A stretch of 64,000 bases of DNA from Candidatus Enterousia sp. Lineage in GTDB: Bacteria; Pseudomonadota; Alphaproteobacteria; Rs-D84. Below are positions 9,518 to 19,553 of the stretch, piece by piece. Where the stretch lies: the NCBI GenBank assembly GCA_045593065.1, contig JAZNVZ010000003.1, positions 14,248-78,247 on the forward strand. The letters run 5' to 3'. The number at the start of each line of letters is the position of its first letter. Position 1 is the first letter of the stretch. The notes beneath the pieces were generated by a model, which searched no databases, was not told the DNA's origin, and saw only the letters and a program-made list of their open reading frames with translations. Made by a program: the position numbers and the translations under genes.

Positions 9518-11146
9518 ATGAAAACGTTATTAAAGAAATTGGTTTTGTTTGCGTGTCTGGGGGCGTTGTTCGTTGGTTGTTCACGCGAACAGTCGGTCAA
9601 GGTTGCATCAACTGTGGATCAAGATTTTATCAATGCGTACGATGCGTTTGAAATGGCAAAAAATCCACGTGCCAAGGTCGCCAGTGGTGATACGGTATCT
9701 GTATCCGAAGGTGTATGGTTGGGCAATAAATCAATATCATTGGAACATCGTAATAATTTGCCTGCGCAATTTGAAACAGATACAGGGGTTACAATTTTGT
9801 TGGATGAACCTGTTACATTGCAAGTGTTGGCAAATAACATTAATACTGTAACAGGAATACCTGTTAAAATTGATAAGCAAATTAATGGCGAAAAATTAAA
9901 AAAGACCGTAAATGTTGCATATACTGGTAAATTGTCTGGGTTGTTGTCTCAGGTTGCCACAGATTTAGATTTGTTGTGGTATTATGATAAAAATTCAATC
10001 GTGTTTTATGAAACAGAAACAAGAACATTTACATTGTATGCGCTGGGGACGGATATTTCTTATCAAACCGCGGTCCAAGCCGATAATTCTGGTCAGGTGA
10101 TTTTGGAATCAACCATGAAAGAATGGGACGAGGTTGAAAAAGCATTAACCGCGATCGTGGGCAAGGCCGAAAATAGCGAGTTTACAGTTTCGCGCAGTTT
10201 GGGTACAATCACTGCCACAGCACCACCATCTGTGTTGGCGCGTATCGGCGAATATGTTGAAAAACAAAACAAAAGATTATCTCAGTTAGTAACGATTGAT
10301 GTCAAGGTTTTGCAGGTGTCAATTTCTAACGATTCCGCGTTTGGGTTGAATTTGGCGGCGGCAATTAATTCTACATCAGGGTTGAATATTGTTGCGAATC
10401 CTAAAAATAATTTGGGTGTGGCTGGGGCCAGTTCTATGAATATTGCCGTATTGTCGAATGCGTTGTCTGCACAGACAGGCGCAACCCACATGGAAAATGG
10501 CAGTGCGGTTGCCGGGGCATATACCAATGACCAAATTATGAATGGGTCTTTGGCACGTGGTGCGGGCAGTGCCGGATTGATTGAGGCATTGGCAAAGCAG
10601 GGCAAGGTGTCTTTGGTAACTAATGTTGGTGTAACAACGCGTAATAACCGTGTCGCACCCGTCAGCAACATGACATCAACAGGATATATCAAACGTTTTG
10701 AATCCAGAAACTTTACAACAGTTGAATCAAGTACTGTGGACCAGGCGGATTTGCAGACAGGTTTTTCAATGCAACTGTTGCCAAATGTTTTAGAAAACGG
10801 TAAAATATTGTTGTTGTTCCGTATGTCTGTGCGCGAATTGATTAAAATGTCAACCCAAACCATTGGCGAGGTTACATTGCAATTACCAGAGGTTGAAGAA
10901 CGCAGTTTTATGCAAGAAGTAATTATGGAATCTGGTCAAATGTTGGTTGTGTCTGGGTTCGAAAAACAAAAGAATAATGATACGCGTTATGGGTTGGGTG
11001 ATCCGGACTTTATGGCGTTGTCTGGGTCGCGTTCAACGGCATCTGGACGTGATGTGTTGGTGGTTATATTGACCCCCCAGGTGTTAATCAGTCCGTTGGA
11101 TTCAGAACGCAGTATCCAACAAAATTGGGGTGCGCCATTGAATTAA
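9518..11146 (+). CDS. secretin-family outer-membrane lipoprotein (PilN/TcpC-like type IVb pilus secretin)
   Basis: Lipoprotein signal with lipobox LFVGC. The C-terminal secretin-like region ends ...GRDVLVVILTPQVL. The 542 aa length fits PilN-type secretins. Confidence 0.68.
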   Translation: MKTLLKKLVLFACLGALFVGCSREQSVKVASTVDQDFINAYDAFEMAKNPRAKVASGDTVSVSEGVWLGNKSISLEHRNNLPAQFETDTGVTILLDEPVTLQVLANNINTVTGIPVKIDKQINGEKLKKTVNVAYTGKLSGLLSQVATDLDLLWYYDKNSIVFYETETRTFTLYALGTDISYQTAVQADNSGQVILESTMKEWDEVEKALTAIVGKAENSEFTVSRSLGTITATAPPSVLARIGEYVEKQNKRLSQLVTIDVKVLQVSISNDSAFGLNLAAAINSTSGLNIVANPKNNLGVAGASSMNIAVLSNALSAQTGATHMENGSAVAGAYTNDQIMNGSLARGAGSAGLIEALAKQGKVSLVTNVGVTTRNNRVAPVSNMTSTGYIKRFESRNFTTVESSTVDQADLQTGFSMQLLPNVLENGKILLLFRMSVRELIKMSTQTIGEVTLQLPEVEERSFMQEVIMESGQMLVVSGFEKQKNNDTRYGLGDPDFMALSGSRSTASGRDVLVVILTPQVLISPLDSERSIQQNWGAPLN

Positions 11147-11172
11147 GGTTTTTCTAAAGAAAGGAGAAAGAA

Positions 11173-11200
11173 TCAGGCGGTGAAAACCGCCTGATTTAAT
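11173..11200 (+). terminator. intrinsic terminator after the secretin gene
   Basis: Hairpin tcaggcggtgaaaaccgcctga followed by a T-run. Confidence 0.6.
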
Positions 11201-11210
11201 TTTGTTATTA

Positions 11211-11245
11211 AAAATACCCCGCAAAATGCGGGGTGAAATTTTTTA
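11211..11245 (-). terminator. intrinsic terminator downstream of rpsT
   Basis: Hairpin ccccgcaaaatgcgggg with flanking A/T runs on both sides. Confidence 0.55.
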
Positions 11246-11259
11246 TGCGACTGTCGCAA

Positions 11260-11520
11260 TTAAGCAATTTTTGCCACTTTCTTGGCCAAACGTGATACCT
11301 TGCGGGCAGCGCGTTTTTTAGGCATAACCTTGCCAGCGGCCTTCATTATTTTGCTTTCTGCACTGCGTACAGCGGCAGTTGCGGCAACCTTGTCGCCAGT
11401 TGCGATTGCGGCCAATGCCTTTTTGGTTTCGGTTTTAACAGCACTGCGGCGTGCAGTGTTAATTGTGTTTTTCTTGATTGTGACCAAGATTCTTTTTTTA
11501 GATGACTTGTGATTTGCCAC
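11260..11520 (-). CDS. rpsT: 30S ribosomal protein S20
   Basis: 86 aa basic, Ala-rich protein beginning MANHKSSKKRI... Confidence 0.9.
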   Translation of the reverse strand: MANHKSSKKRILVTIKKNTINTARRSAVKTETKKALAAIATGDKVAATAAVRSAESKIMKAAGKVMPKKRAARKVSRLAKKVAKIA

Positions 11521-11596
11521 TTTATTTTCCTTTTGTTTTTTATATGTTTCTGTTATTCTATATTAACAAAAAAGAAAATCAAGAGGAAATATCAAA

Positions 11597-12184
11597 ATGT
11601 TGTGTTTTTTTATCGTTCTGGTTGCATATGTCCTAGGGAGTGTCCCTTGTGGACTAATTTTAACAAAAATGATGGGGCGCGGTGATTTGCGCCAGGTCGG
11701 CAGTGGCAATATCGGTGCAACCAATGTTATGCGTGTTGGTGGGTTGCGTATGGCGGGTTTGGTGTGGATTCTGGATATGTTCAAGGCCATCGTTGCTGTA
11801 TTGTTAGGGACATGGATTGGTGATATTGGATTTGGCGCATGGTGTGGTTTTTTCGCCATTGTGGGGCATTGTTTCCCAATTTGGTTAAAATTCCATGGGG
11901 GCAAGGGTATATCTTGTTTGTTCGGTGTTTTGTTGGCAATAAATCCAATAATGTTTATTGTTTGTGGTGTTGAATGGTTGTTGGTTGCGTTAACATCTGG
12001 AAAATCATCTGCGGGCGCGGTTGTTGTTTTTTGTTTGCTGCCAATATTAGGATTTGTGATGAATGTGTCTGTGGGGTGGGCATTTTTAGCAATCGGTGTT
12101 TTGTGTGCTGTTCGTCATCGTGATAATATTGTTCGTTTAATTCAAGGTACAGAATCCAGCATTGAATGGAAATGGAAAAAATAA
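11597..12184 (+). CDS. plsY: glycerol-3-phosphate acyltransferase PlsY
   Basis: 195 aa protein with the PlsY motifs GSGNIGATNV and HCFPIWLKFHGGKG. Confidence 0.9.
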   Translation: MLCFFIVLVAYVLGSVPCGLILTKMMGRGDLRQVGSGNIGATNVMRVGGLRMAGLVWILDMFKAIVAVLLGTWIGDIGFGAWCGFFAIVGHCFPIWLKFHGGKGISCLFGVLLAINPIMFIVCGVEWLLVALTSGKSSAGAVVVFCLLPILGFVMNVSVGWAFLAIGVLCAVRHRDNIVRLIQGTESSIEWKWKK

Positions 12185-12218
12185 AAATACTGTTATTATG
12201 TTCTTTGTTTTTTTGTCA

Positions 12219-12232
12219 TTTTGTGTTATAAT
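12219..12232 (+). promoter_or_regulatory. extended -10 element (TGtTATAAT) upstream of the 12268 gene
   Basis: The sequence gtgttataatg lies about 35 nt upstream of the ATG. The -35 (TTTGTT) is weak. Confidence 0.3.
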
Positions 12233-12267
12233 GTGGCAAAGAGTTTTTATAACATAGGTGGGAAAAT

Positions 12268-13095
12268 ATGAAAAAGTATTTTGCTTTGTTGATGTTATGT
12301 GTGTTTATGATGCCTGCGTTTGGGGCGGGACGTTCTATGGTTAGCGGTATTAGACCGTCTGGTATTGGTGTCGCACGCAATGCCGGTGTTGTTGGAACAT
12401 CTGGGAATAATGTTGTAAATGGTGCGGCGGTGGTGCCTGCGGGAAATGCACAGGCAACTGTTAATACACCTGATACAAAATCGGCGGAAAAATCACCCGA
12501 ATCCGCGCGTCAGCAAGAAAAAATGACTTGCATTAATAATAATATTGGTATTGGAAATACTTTCGTTTGGGCATCCAGATATAGTAATACATCTAATTAT
12601 TCCACAATGGTCGAAGATGTTGAACACCCGGAAAACAATGTGTGTTTCGTTTTGGTGGGTATTCGTTCCGAAGATGCGGCTGTTAATACCGCTGATATTC
12701 AACCCAGATATTTTGAATGGGGTCAAAATATAACTTGCGGTAGTTGGGTCGATGAAGAAAAATTAAAAGACAGAATTTTAGATGCAAAAAAGAAAGGTCG
12801 TGTGTGGGCAACGATTGGTACATCTGTGGCTGGTGCTGGGGTTGGTGTTGGTATGATGGAGGCATTCGGTAATAAATTGATTGGGGGCAAGGTTCAAGGA
12901 CAAAAGGCATATGCCGAAGGTTCAATCGAATGGTATCAGGCCAAAGCAAACGAATTGAAACAAAAAAATCCAACAGAGTATAATAATTTCAAAACATTAG
13001 TGGCAGAATTAAAAACAGTTTGCAACGCATCTGGTGCTGATGCCCAGTGTAAGGATAGCAAATATCAAAATTTGATGAGTTTGTCATTAAATTAA
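12268..13095 (+). CDS. secreted hypothetical protein (275 aa) with a Gly/Val-rich N-terminal VVGTSG region
   Basis: Signal peptide MKKYFALLMLCVFMMPAFGA, strong RBS ggtggg, and paired Cys residues in the C-terminal half. Confidence 0.6.
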   Translation: MKKYFALLMLCVFMMPAFGAGRSMVSGIRPSGIGVARNAGVVGTSGNNVVNGAAVVPAGNAQATVNTPDTKSAEKSPESARQQEKMTCINNNIGIGNTFVWASRYSNTSNYSTMVEDVEHPENNVCFVLVGIRSEDAAVNTADIQPRYFEWGQNITCGSWVDEEKLKDRILDAKKKGRVWATIGTSVAGAGVGVGMMEAFGNKLIGGKVQGQKAYAEGSIEWYQAKANELKQKNPTEYNNFKTLVAELKTVCNASGADAQCKDSKYQNLMSLSLN

Positions 13096-13125
13096 TGTGC
13101 ACGTGTTTAAATATAATTATACCCA

Positions 13126-13160
13126 GTGGTATCATCGCTGGGTATTTTTTTTTGGTGTTG
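13126..13160 (+). terminator. intrinsic terminator
   Basis: Hairpin acccagtggtatcatcgctgggt followed by T9. Confidence 0.6.
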
Positions 13161-13203
13161 AAAACGATAACAGTTTTGTGTAATTTGTCCTTATAAAAAT
13201 ATT

Positions 13204-14241
13204 ATGTTGGTAAATATGAATGATTTATTTGATAAATTATTGGTTTTGCGTTCGCCTGGCATTGGACCGGTGGCTTATGAAAAATTAATAAAACAATTTG
13301 GGTCGCCTGCGGCGGCGGCAGATACTTTGCGCGATAATCGCGAATTGGTTGACGCGGTGCATCGTGAAATCGATTTGGCAATGCGTTTGGGTGCGTGTTT
13401 TGTATGTGATACAGATGCAGAATACCCCGTGGAATTAAAAAACATCAAAGGCCATCCACCTGTTATTTGTGCACGTGGAAATTTGGACACATTAAAAAAA
13501 CCGATTGTCGGTATCGTTGGTACGCGTTATGCAACCGCCACAGGAATACGATTTATCAGTGATTTAGCAGAATGTTTCGCAAATCATAATGTTGCAGTGG
13601 CATCTGGTATGGCGATTGGTACAGATACTGCGGCGCACAGTGGTGCATTGCGTGCGGCGGGGAATGCCCAAACGATTGCGGTGTTGGGCGGTGGTGTGGA
13701 TTATGTTTGGCCGATTGAAAACGAATCGTTATATAATGAAATTATTGAACGCGGTGTTGTAATTAGTGAAATGCCCATGGGGTTTGTACCACGTGCCACA
13801 AATTTTGTTCAACGAAACAGATGGATTGCGGGCATTTCAAGTAAAATAATCTTGGGCGAGGCCGATATTAAATCTGGCAGTATGCGAACAGCCCAGTTCG
13901 CAATGGATTTTGGACGTGAATTGTGGGCGGTGCCATCGCATCCCGCAGATACGCGTTCGGCAGGACCTAACTCATTAATTGCGCGCGGCGTGGCAAAATT
14001 GTGTTCGGGGGCAGGGGATTTTTTCCATGATGTCGCCACAAGTCCTGAAAACAGGCAAAATATTAATTTGAATGCGAATCTTGAAAACGATTTGTTAAAC
14101 GCATTGGGCAGTGTGCCTGTTCCTGAATCTGTATTGGCAGATGTTGTCAAAAAAACTATTACGGAAATCAAGCGTGATTTGGTTGTTTTGGAATTGCGCG
14201 GGTTGGTGCAAAAACAAAACGGTGGATATATTAAATTGTGA
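13204..14241 (+). CDS. dprA: DNA processing protein DprA (Smf)
   Basis: The Rossmann-like core (IVGTRYATATG...AIGTDTAAH...VLGGGVD) is present, with a C-terminal winged-helix-like tail. Confidence 0.85.
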   Translation: MLVNMNDLFDKLLVLRSPGIGPVAYEKLIKQFGSPAAAADTLRDNRELVDAVHREIDLAMRLGACFVCDTDAEYPVELKNIKGHPPVICARGNLDTLKKPIVGIVGTRYATATGIRFISDLAECFANHNVAVASGMAIGTDTAAHSGALRAAGNAQTIAVLGGGVDYVWPIENESLYNEIIERGVVISEMPMGFVPRATNFVQRNRWIAGISSKIILGEADIKSGSMRTAQFAMDFGRELWAVPSHPADTRSAGPNSLIARGVAKLCSGAGDFFHDVATSPENRQNINLNANLENDLLNALGSVPVPESVLADVVKKTITEIKRDLVVLELRGLVQKQNGGYIKL

Positions 14242-14661
14242 TTCTTTTCTTGTCTATACAGTGTCTATACACAAGGCAAAAAATGGGCAAAAAAACGAAT
14301 CGTTGTCAAAAAATAAAAGTTGAAAAATTGTTCAAGATTTTGTTGAAAACCATATATTATGTTTTACATTGATTCTTGTAAAAAACGAAGAGAAACAAAA
14401 AAACCAATAGGGTGGTCGTACAAAATAAAATGATTGTGAAATAATAACTGGGACGGTTATAAAACACAATCATTCCAAATGTCCCCCCCACAAGAGCGAG
14501 AGAGTTAAAAACAGTAGGCAGATATAAATATTAAATTAAATCTGGGAATGTGGTAAAAAACATATTCTGGATAAAATTTAATATTTATGTGCGGGTGTTT
14601 TTTACAACCCCTTGCGCGGGCAGGAAACTCTTTTTAGAAAGGAAGGAAAAGGAGAAACGGC

Positions 14662-15927
14662 ATGCAGGCAGCAACAATAAAACAAGACACAAACATCACT
14701 GCAATCAAAAATATGATTGAAGGACGGATGGATTTTGCGGCTTGGACATCATGGATTGCGCCATTGAATTTTGAAATTGCTGATAATACCTTAATCTTGA
14801 CCGCCCAAAATCAATTCTCGGCTGATTATATTTCAAATACTTATGGTGCAATGTTGAAAAATATTGCGTGTGAATTTGGGTTGGATGTAAAACTGGTCGT
14901 GCGTGGGACGGCGATATTTGTGGCAAATGACAATAATATGCAATCTTATACACCAACCACGGACGAAAAAACAACATCTGTGGCATTTGACGCGTTTATT
15001 TCGTCTGCGGAAAATGAATTTGCATTGTCGGCCGCGAAAAAGGTTGCATCTGGGGCGGTTGCTTTTTCACCACTGTTTATTTATGGGCCGGCGGGTTGTG
15101 GTAAAACATTATTGGCAGAATGTATTAAATCCGAATCGCAAAATGTCATCATGATGACGGGTGGCGCGTTTGTGGCTGAATTTGCACGTGCATTACAAAA
15201 GCGCGCAATATTTGCATTCAAAGATTATTGTCGTAATTGTGATACATTTATCTTGGACGATGTACAAAGTTTGGCTGGTAAAACCGCAACAATGAACGAG
15301 TTTTTACAGTTGGTATTAGATTTGCGCGCGGCGGGAAAAAATGTTGTTTTGACATCCAGTGCTGCACCAAATAATTTATCTGGATTTGACAGACGCGTTC
15401 AATCTTTGTTGGCATCTGGTTTGGTGGTTGATATGACGGCACCAAATGCCAATGTTAAACGCGTAATGTTGATTCGTGCCGGTGTTAAAACAGATGTCGC
15501 AGATGCATTGGCGAATCGTATTGCGGGCGATGGTCATGTGATTAATGGCATCGTAAATAAAATCAAAACATATACAGAATTGATGGGCGGCAATGTATCA
15601 TTAGATGTCGCAGAACATTTATTAGCAGACACATTGGAAAAATTCAAAACGCCGATTGCAATGGTTAAATCATTAAGTGAAAAATTGGGTGTTACATACG
15701 ATGCAATTTGTTCTGCGGGACGCGCGAAATCTTTGGTGTTGGCACGTCAAATAATAATGGTTGTGTTGAAAAATTCTACGCGGTTATCATTAACAGAAAT
15801 TGGGAATTATGTTGGTAATCGCGATCACGCAACAGTTATGTACGCGATAAAACAAATTGAAAAATTACAAGCAACAGATTTGATGTTGGCGGCACAGATA
15901 GAACAATTAATTGCAGAATGTCGTTAA
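14662..15927 (+). CDS. dnaA: chromosomal replication initiator DnaA
   Basis: DnaA-type N-terminus (WIAPLNFEIADNTLILTAQNQFSADYI), AAA+ Walker A IYGPAGCGKT, and a C-terminal DnaA-box-binding HTH (LTEIGNYVGNRDHATVMYAIKQIEKL). The RBS aaggag is strong. Confidence 0.85.
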   Translation: MQAATIKQDTNITAIKNMIEGRMDFAAWTSWIAPLNFEIADNTLILTAQNQFSADYISNTYGAMLKNIACEFGLDVKLVVRGTAIFVANDNNMQSYTPTTDEKTTSVAFDAFISSAENEFALSAAKKVASGAVAFSPLFIYGPAGCGKTLLAECIKSESQNVIMMTGGAFVAEFARALQKRAIFAFKDYCRNCDTFILDDVQSLAGKTATMNEFLQLVLDLRAAGKNVVLTSSAAPNNLSGFDRRVQSLLASGLVVDMTAPNANVKRVMLIRAGVKTDVADALANRIAGDGHVINGIVNKIKTYTELMGGNVSLDVAEHLLADTLEKFKTPIAMVKSLSEKLGVTYDAICSAGRAKSLVLARQIIMVVLKNSTRLSLTEIGNYVGNRDHATVMYAIKQIEKLQATDLMLAAQIEQLIAECR

Positions 15928-15966
15928 ATATGATATAATACCCAACGAAGGTAAGAGAAAAAAACT

Positions 15967-16369
<403 letters not shown>

Positions 16370-16372
<3 letters not shown>

Positions 16373-16750
16373 AAAAAGGTAATAATTTTATCTTTGCTGA
16401 TTTTGCCGTGCATTGCGCGCGGGGATGACGATGCGCGTATACAAATGTTGGATGCGGAAATTGCGCGCCTGACGGCGGAACGCGATGAAAAATACGCGGC
16501 GTTGGAACAATGCGAGAAAACAACCCATGGATTTAAAATAGCGGGCATAGGCACCTTGGTTGCGACAGGTGTCGGTGTGTACGGCAATGTAAAATTGGCT
16601 CAGAAAATAAAAAGTGGTGGCAGTTCCAGCGGCGGCAAAGGGACTGTATTAAAAGATACGCGTAGTAGAGAAGAGATGGTTGTCAGTTCCTGTGAGTTAG
16701 TGTGTGACACGACTAATCTTGAAAAGTGTGCAGAATGTCTGGAGAATTAG
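16370..16750 (+). CDS. small exported coiled-coil/TM protein, paralog of the phase-variable gene
   Basis: Signal peptide MKKVIILSLLILPCIA, coiled-coil segment IQMLDAEIARLTAERDEKYAALEQCEK, TM segment IAGIGTLVATGVGVYGNV, then KLAQKIK. This domain order matches the upstream gene. Confidence 0.6.
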
Positions 16751-16779
16751 TAAACAACGAAACAAAAAAGGAGAAAAAA

Positions 16780-17391
16780 ATGAAAAAAATATCAAAAATC
16801 GTTTTGGCATCATTGATTGGTGCCACAGCTTGCAATCTTGCAAACGCATCAAGTATCAACCCAGAAAAATTAAGAAGCAAGTGTATTAGTAATGAGAAAA
16901 CTCGCTGGGTTGAAAAAACGCAGACTTGTGTTCCAGTTTGGCCTTGTTCATCGAAAGATGAAGGAATTAAAAGGGGGTATTGTATAGGTCATGTTATCAA
17001 CATAAATAGCATAGCCAATGCTGAAAAAATAATAGACGAATATACCCGCTCGCAAGGATTTGGGGATGCTGTTGGTATAGAACGTTTGAATACTGATCAG
17101 GTTGGCGATGGTTCTTCGGTTGTCGCATTAGGGGTAAGAACGTCAGATGGATCATATTTTGGTGTTGCTGCAAATATTGAACCAACGTGGACTGTTGGGT
17201 CGCCAGCTTTCAAGGGAAGTGCTATACGAGAGGCGCTGTGGGCGTATGGTGCTATTGATTCTGATACGCTTGACGATAAATCAATTAGCTATGCAAGGTG
17301 TGCCGATGCGCGTCTGTTAGCGGGAGAGTTGTGTGGCGATGAATTACAGATGTCGTACGATGAATCAACTCACAAGTGTACTATTAAGTAA
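16780..17391 (+). CDS. secreted Cys-rich hypothetical protein (about 204 aa)
   Basis: RBS aaggag and signal peptide MKKISKIVLASLIGATACNLANA. The mature protein has about 10 Cys residues. Confidence 0.6.
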   Translation: MKKISKIVLASLIGATACNLANASSINPEKLRSKCISNEKTRWVEKTQTCVPVWPCSSKDEGIKRGYCIGHVININSIANAEKIIDEYTRSQGFGDAVGIERLNTDQVGDGSSVVALGVRTSDGSYFGVAANIEPTWTVGSPAFKGSAIREALWAYGAIDSDTLDDKSISYARCADARLLAGELCGDELQMSYDESTHKCTIK

Positions 17392-17412
17392 ACGATGTTT
17401 TATGTCAATAAA

Positions 17413-17445
17413 AAAAACCGCCCGATTGGGCGGTTGTTTTTTTAC
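17413..17445. terminator. bidirectional intrinsic terminator between the 16780 gene and parE
   Basis: Hairpin accgcccgattgggcggt with A-run and T-run flanks. Confidence 0.6.
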
Positions 17446-19418
17446 ACAAATAAATCTTTTACAAATTGGGCGTGTTCGGTGATGAATTTAAAACGGAACT
17501 CTGGCTTTTTGCCCATTAATTCGGTTACGATTGTTCGTGTTTTTTCAGTGTCTTCGGCACCATCGTCTGTGCGTGGTGGCAATTCAATACGAATTAAACG
17601 GCGTGTTTTTGGCGACATGGTGGTTTCTTTTAATTGATTCGGCATCATTTCGCCCAAACCTTTGAATCGGGATATTTCCACCTTTTTGTTTTTATATTTG
17701 CCGTTCTTTAATTCTTCTAGTTCTTCATCCGTATCGACATAGAACGATTCGGTGCCACATGTAAATTTATACAATGGTGGGCAAGACAAATATAAATGTC
17801 CACCGTAAATTAATTGCGGCATATATTGATAGAAAAATGCCATCAACAAGGATGCGATATGACTGCCGTCTACATCGGCATCGGTCATGACGATAATTTT
17901 TTCATAACGCAATTTGTCCGGATTCCAATCTTTGACCGTACCTGCGCCAATGATATCAATCAAATCATTTAACTCGCGGTTGGCACTGAAACGTTCATCA
18001 GAATTAGACAACACATTTAATACCTTGCCACGCAGAGGCATAATTGCCTGGGTCGCGCGATCGCGTGCCTGTTTAGCGGTACCACCAGCCGATTCGCCTT
18101 CGACAATAAATAATTCGGTTCCGTCCACCCCGTGTTTAGAACAGTCAGCCAATTTTGCCGGCATACGAATCCGCTTGGTTGGGGTTTTGCGTGCGATATC
18201 TTTGACCTGTTTCGTTTTTATACGCGCGTTTGCCAGATTAATAATAAATGATAATAACGCGTTGGATGTTTTTGGGTCAGATGCCAAAAACATTTCCCAC
18301 GGGTCGCGCAAAACATTTTCAACATAACGCGCAATTTCGGGGTTGGATAATTTTTCTTTGGTTTGACCTAAAAATTGTGGTGTTTTATAAAACACAGATA
18401 CAATAGCCGCAACCGAATCGAATACATCATCGCTGACGATTGTGGCGGCCGCCTTGTTGTTTGTTTTTTCGCCGTACGCTTTAATTCCTTTGGTGATTGC
18501 AGATTTAAATCCACTTTCATGGGTGCCACCGTCAATGGTCGCAATCGTGTTGCAATAAGATGCGAAAAATCCGTCATCAGATGCCGCGCCATTTTCGTCT
18601 GTTAAAAATGTTAATGCCCATTCAATGCGACCAGAATCATCAGGAAAATCAAGCGACCCCGAAAACATTTTTGGTAAAATACGCGGTTTGGAATCTGTTT
18701 TTTCAGCCAAGAAATCACTGACCCCGTTGGGATAATAGAAAGTTGTTGTGGCCGGGATATTCATATCATCCGTCAACAATTCTGGATTACAAATCCAATC
18801 AATTTTTATGCCACGTGATAAAAACGATTTCGCGCGTGCCATACGGTAAATCTTGATAGGTTTAAATACCGCGTTCGCGCCAAAAATTTCATCGTCAATC
18901 GTGAAACGAATTTTTGTTCCGTGCGCGCGTGTCGCCGCGCCGCGTTCGATTGATGATGTCGCGCGACCACGCGAAAATGTTTGATGCCATTCGTATCCAT
19001 CGCGTGCAATTACGACATCCATATTTGACGACAATGCGTTCACAACCGCAGACCCCACACCATGCAAACCACCAGATGTTTTATAAACATTATTATTAAA
19101 TTTACCACCAGAATGCAGTGTGGTTAAAATAACCTCTAACGCGGATTTTCCAGGATATTTTGGATGTTCGTCCACCGGGATACCGCGTCCGTCATCAGTA
19201 ATTTCAATGGTTTTAGAATCAATTAAATTCACAGTGATTTTTTTGGCGAAACCGGCCACGGCCTCGTCAATACTGTTGTCCATAATTTCCACGGGCAGGT
19301 GGTGCCAGGCCTTTTCGTCTGTGCCGCCAATATACATGCCAGGTCGCAGGCGAACAGGTTCCAGACCTTCTAATACCTGGATAGCGGACGCGTCATAAGA
19401 TGGTTGTTTTTCTGTCAT
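17442..19418 (-). CDS. parE: DNA topoisomerase IV subunit B (ParE); GyrB not excluded
   Basis: GHKL ATPase and Toprim motifs are present, including the EGDSAGG-like EGESAGGTAKQARDR. The roughly 658 aa length fits ParE better than GyrB. The start MTEKQPSYDASAIQVLEGLEPVR has the RBS aggtg. Confidence 0.8.
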   Translation of the reverse strand: MTEKQPSYDASAIQVLEGLEPVRLRPGMYIGGTDEKAWHHLPVEIMDNSIDEAVAGFAKKITVNLIDSKTIEITDDGRGIPVDEHPKYPGKSALEVILTTLHSGGKFNNNVYKTSGGLHGVGSAVVNALSSNMDVVIARDGYEWHQTFSRGRATSSIERGAATRAHGTKIRFTIDDEIFGANAVFKPIKIYRMARAKSFLSRGIKIDWICNPELLTDDMNIPATTTFYYPNGVSDFLAEKTDSKPRILPKMFSGSLDFPDDSGRIEWALTFLTDENGAASDDGFFASYCNTIATIDGGTHESGFKSAITKGIKAYGEKTNNKAAATIVSDDVFDSVAAIVSVFYKTPQFLGQTKEKLSNPEIARYVENVLRDPWEMFLASDPKTSNALLSFIINLANARIKTKQVKDIARKTPTKRIRMPAKLADCSKHGVDGTELFIVEGESAGGTAKQARDRATQAIMPLRGKVLNVLSNSDERFSANRELNDLIDIIGAGTVKDWNPDKLRYEKIIVMTDADVDGSHIASLLMAFFYQYMPQLIYGGHLYLSCPPLYKFTCGTESFYVDTDEELEELKNGKYKNKKVEISRFKGLGEMMPNQLKETTMSPKTRRLIRIELPPRTDDGAEDTEKTRTIVTELMGKKPEFRFKFITEHAQFVKDLFV

Positions 19419-19553
19419 AGCACCTATATTATTAGAACATTTTGATTTTTTTCGCAAGTTAGATTTTTTATTGTTTTTTTGGCGGTCTCACTTGAATTTT
19501 TTTATAAATGGACTATATCTGGGGGGACATCAAGAAAATACAAGGTCGTATTC

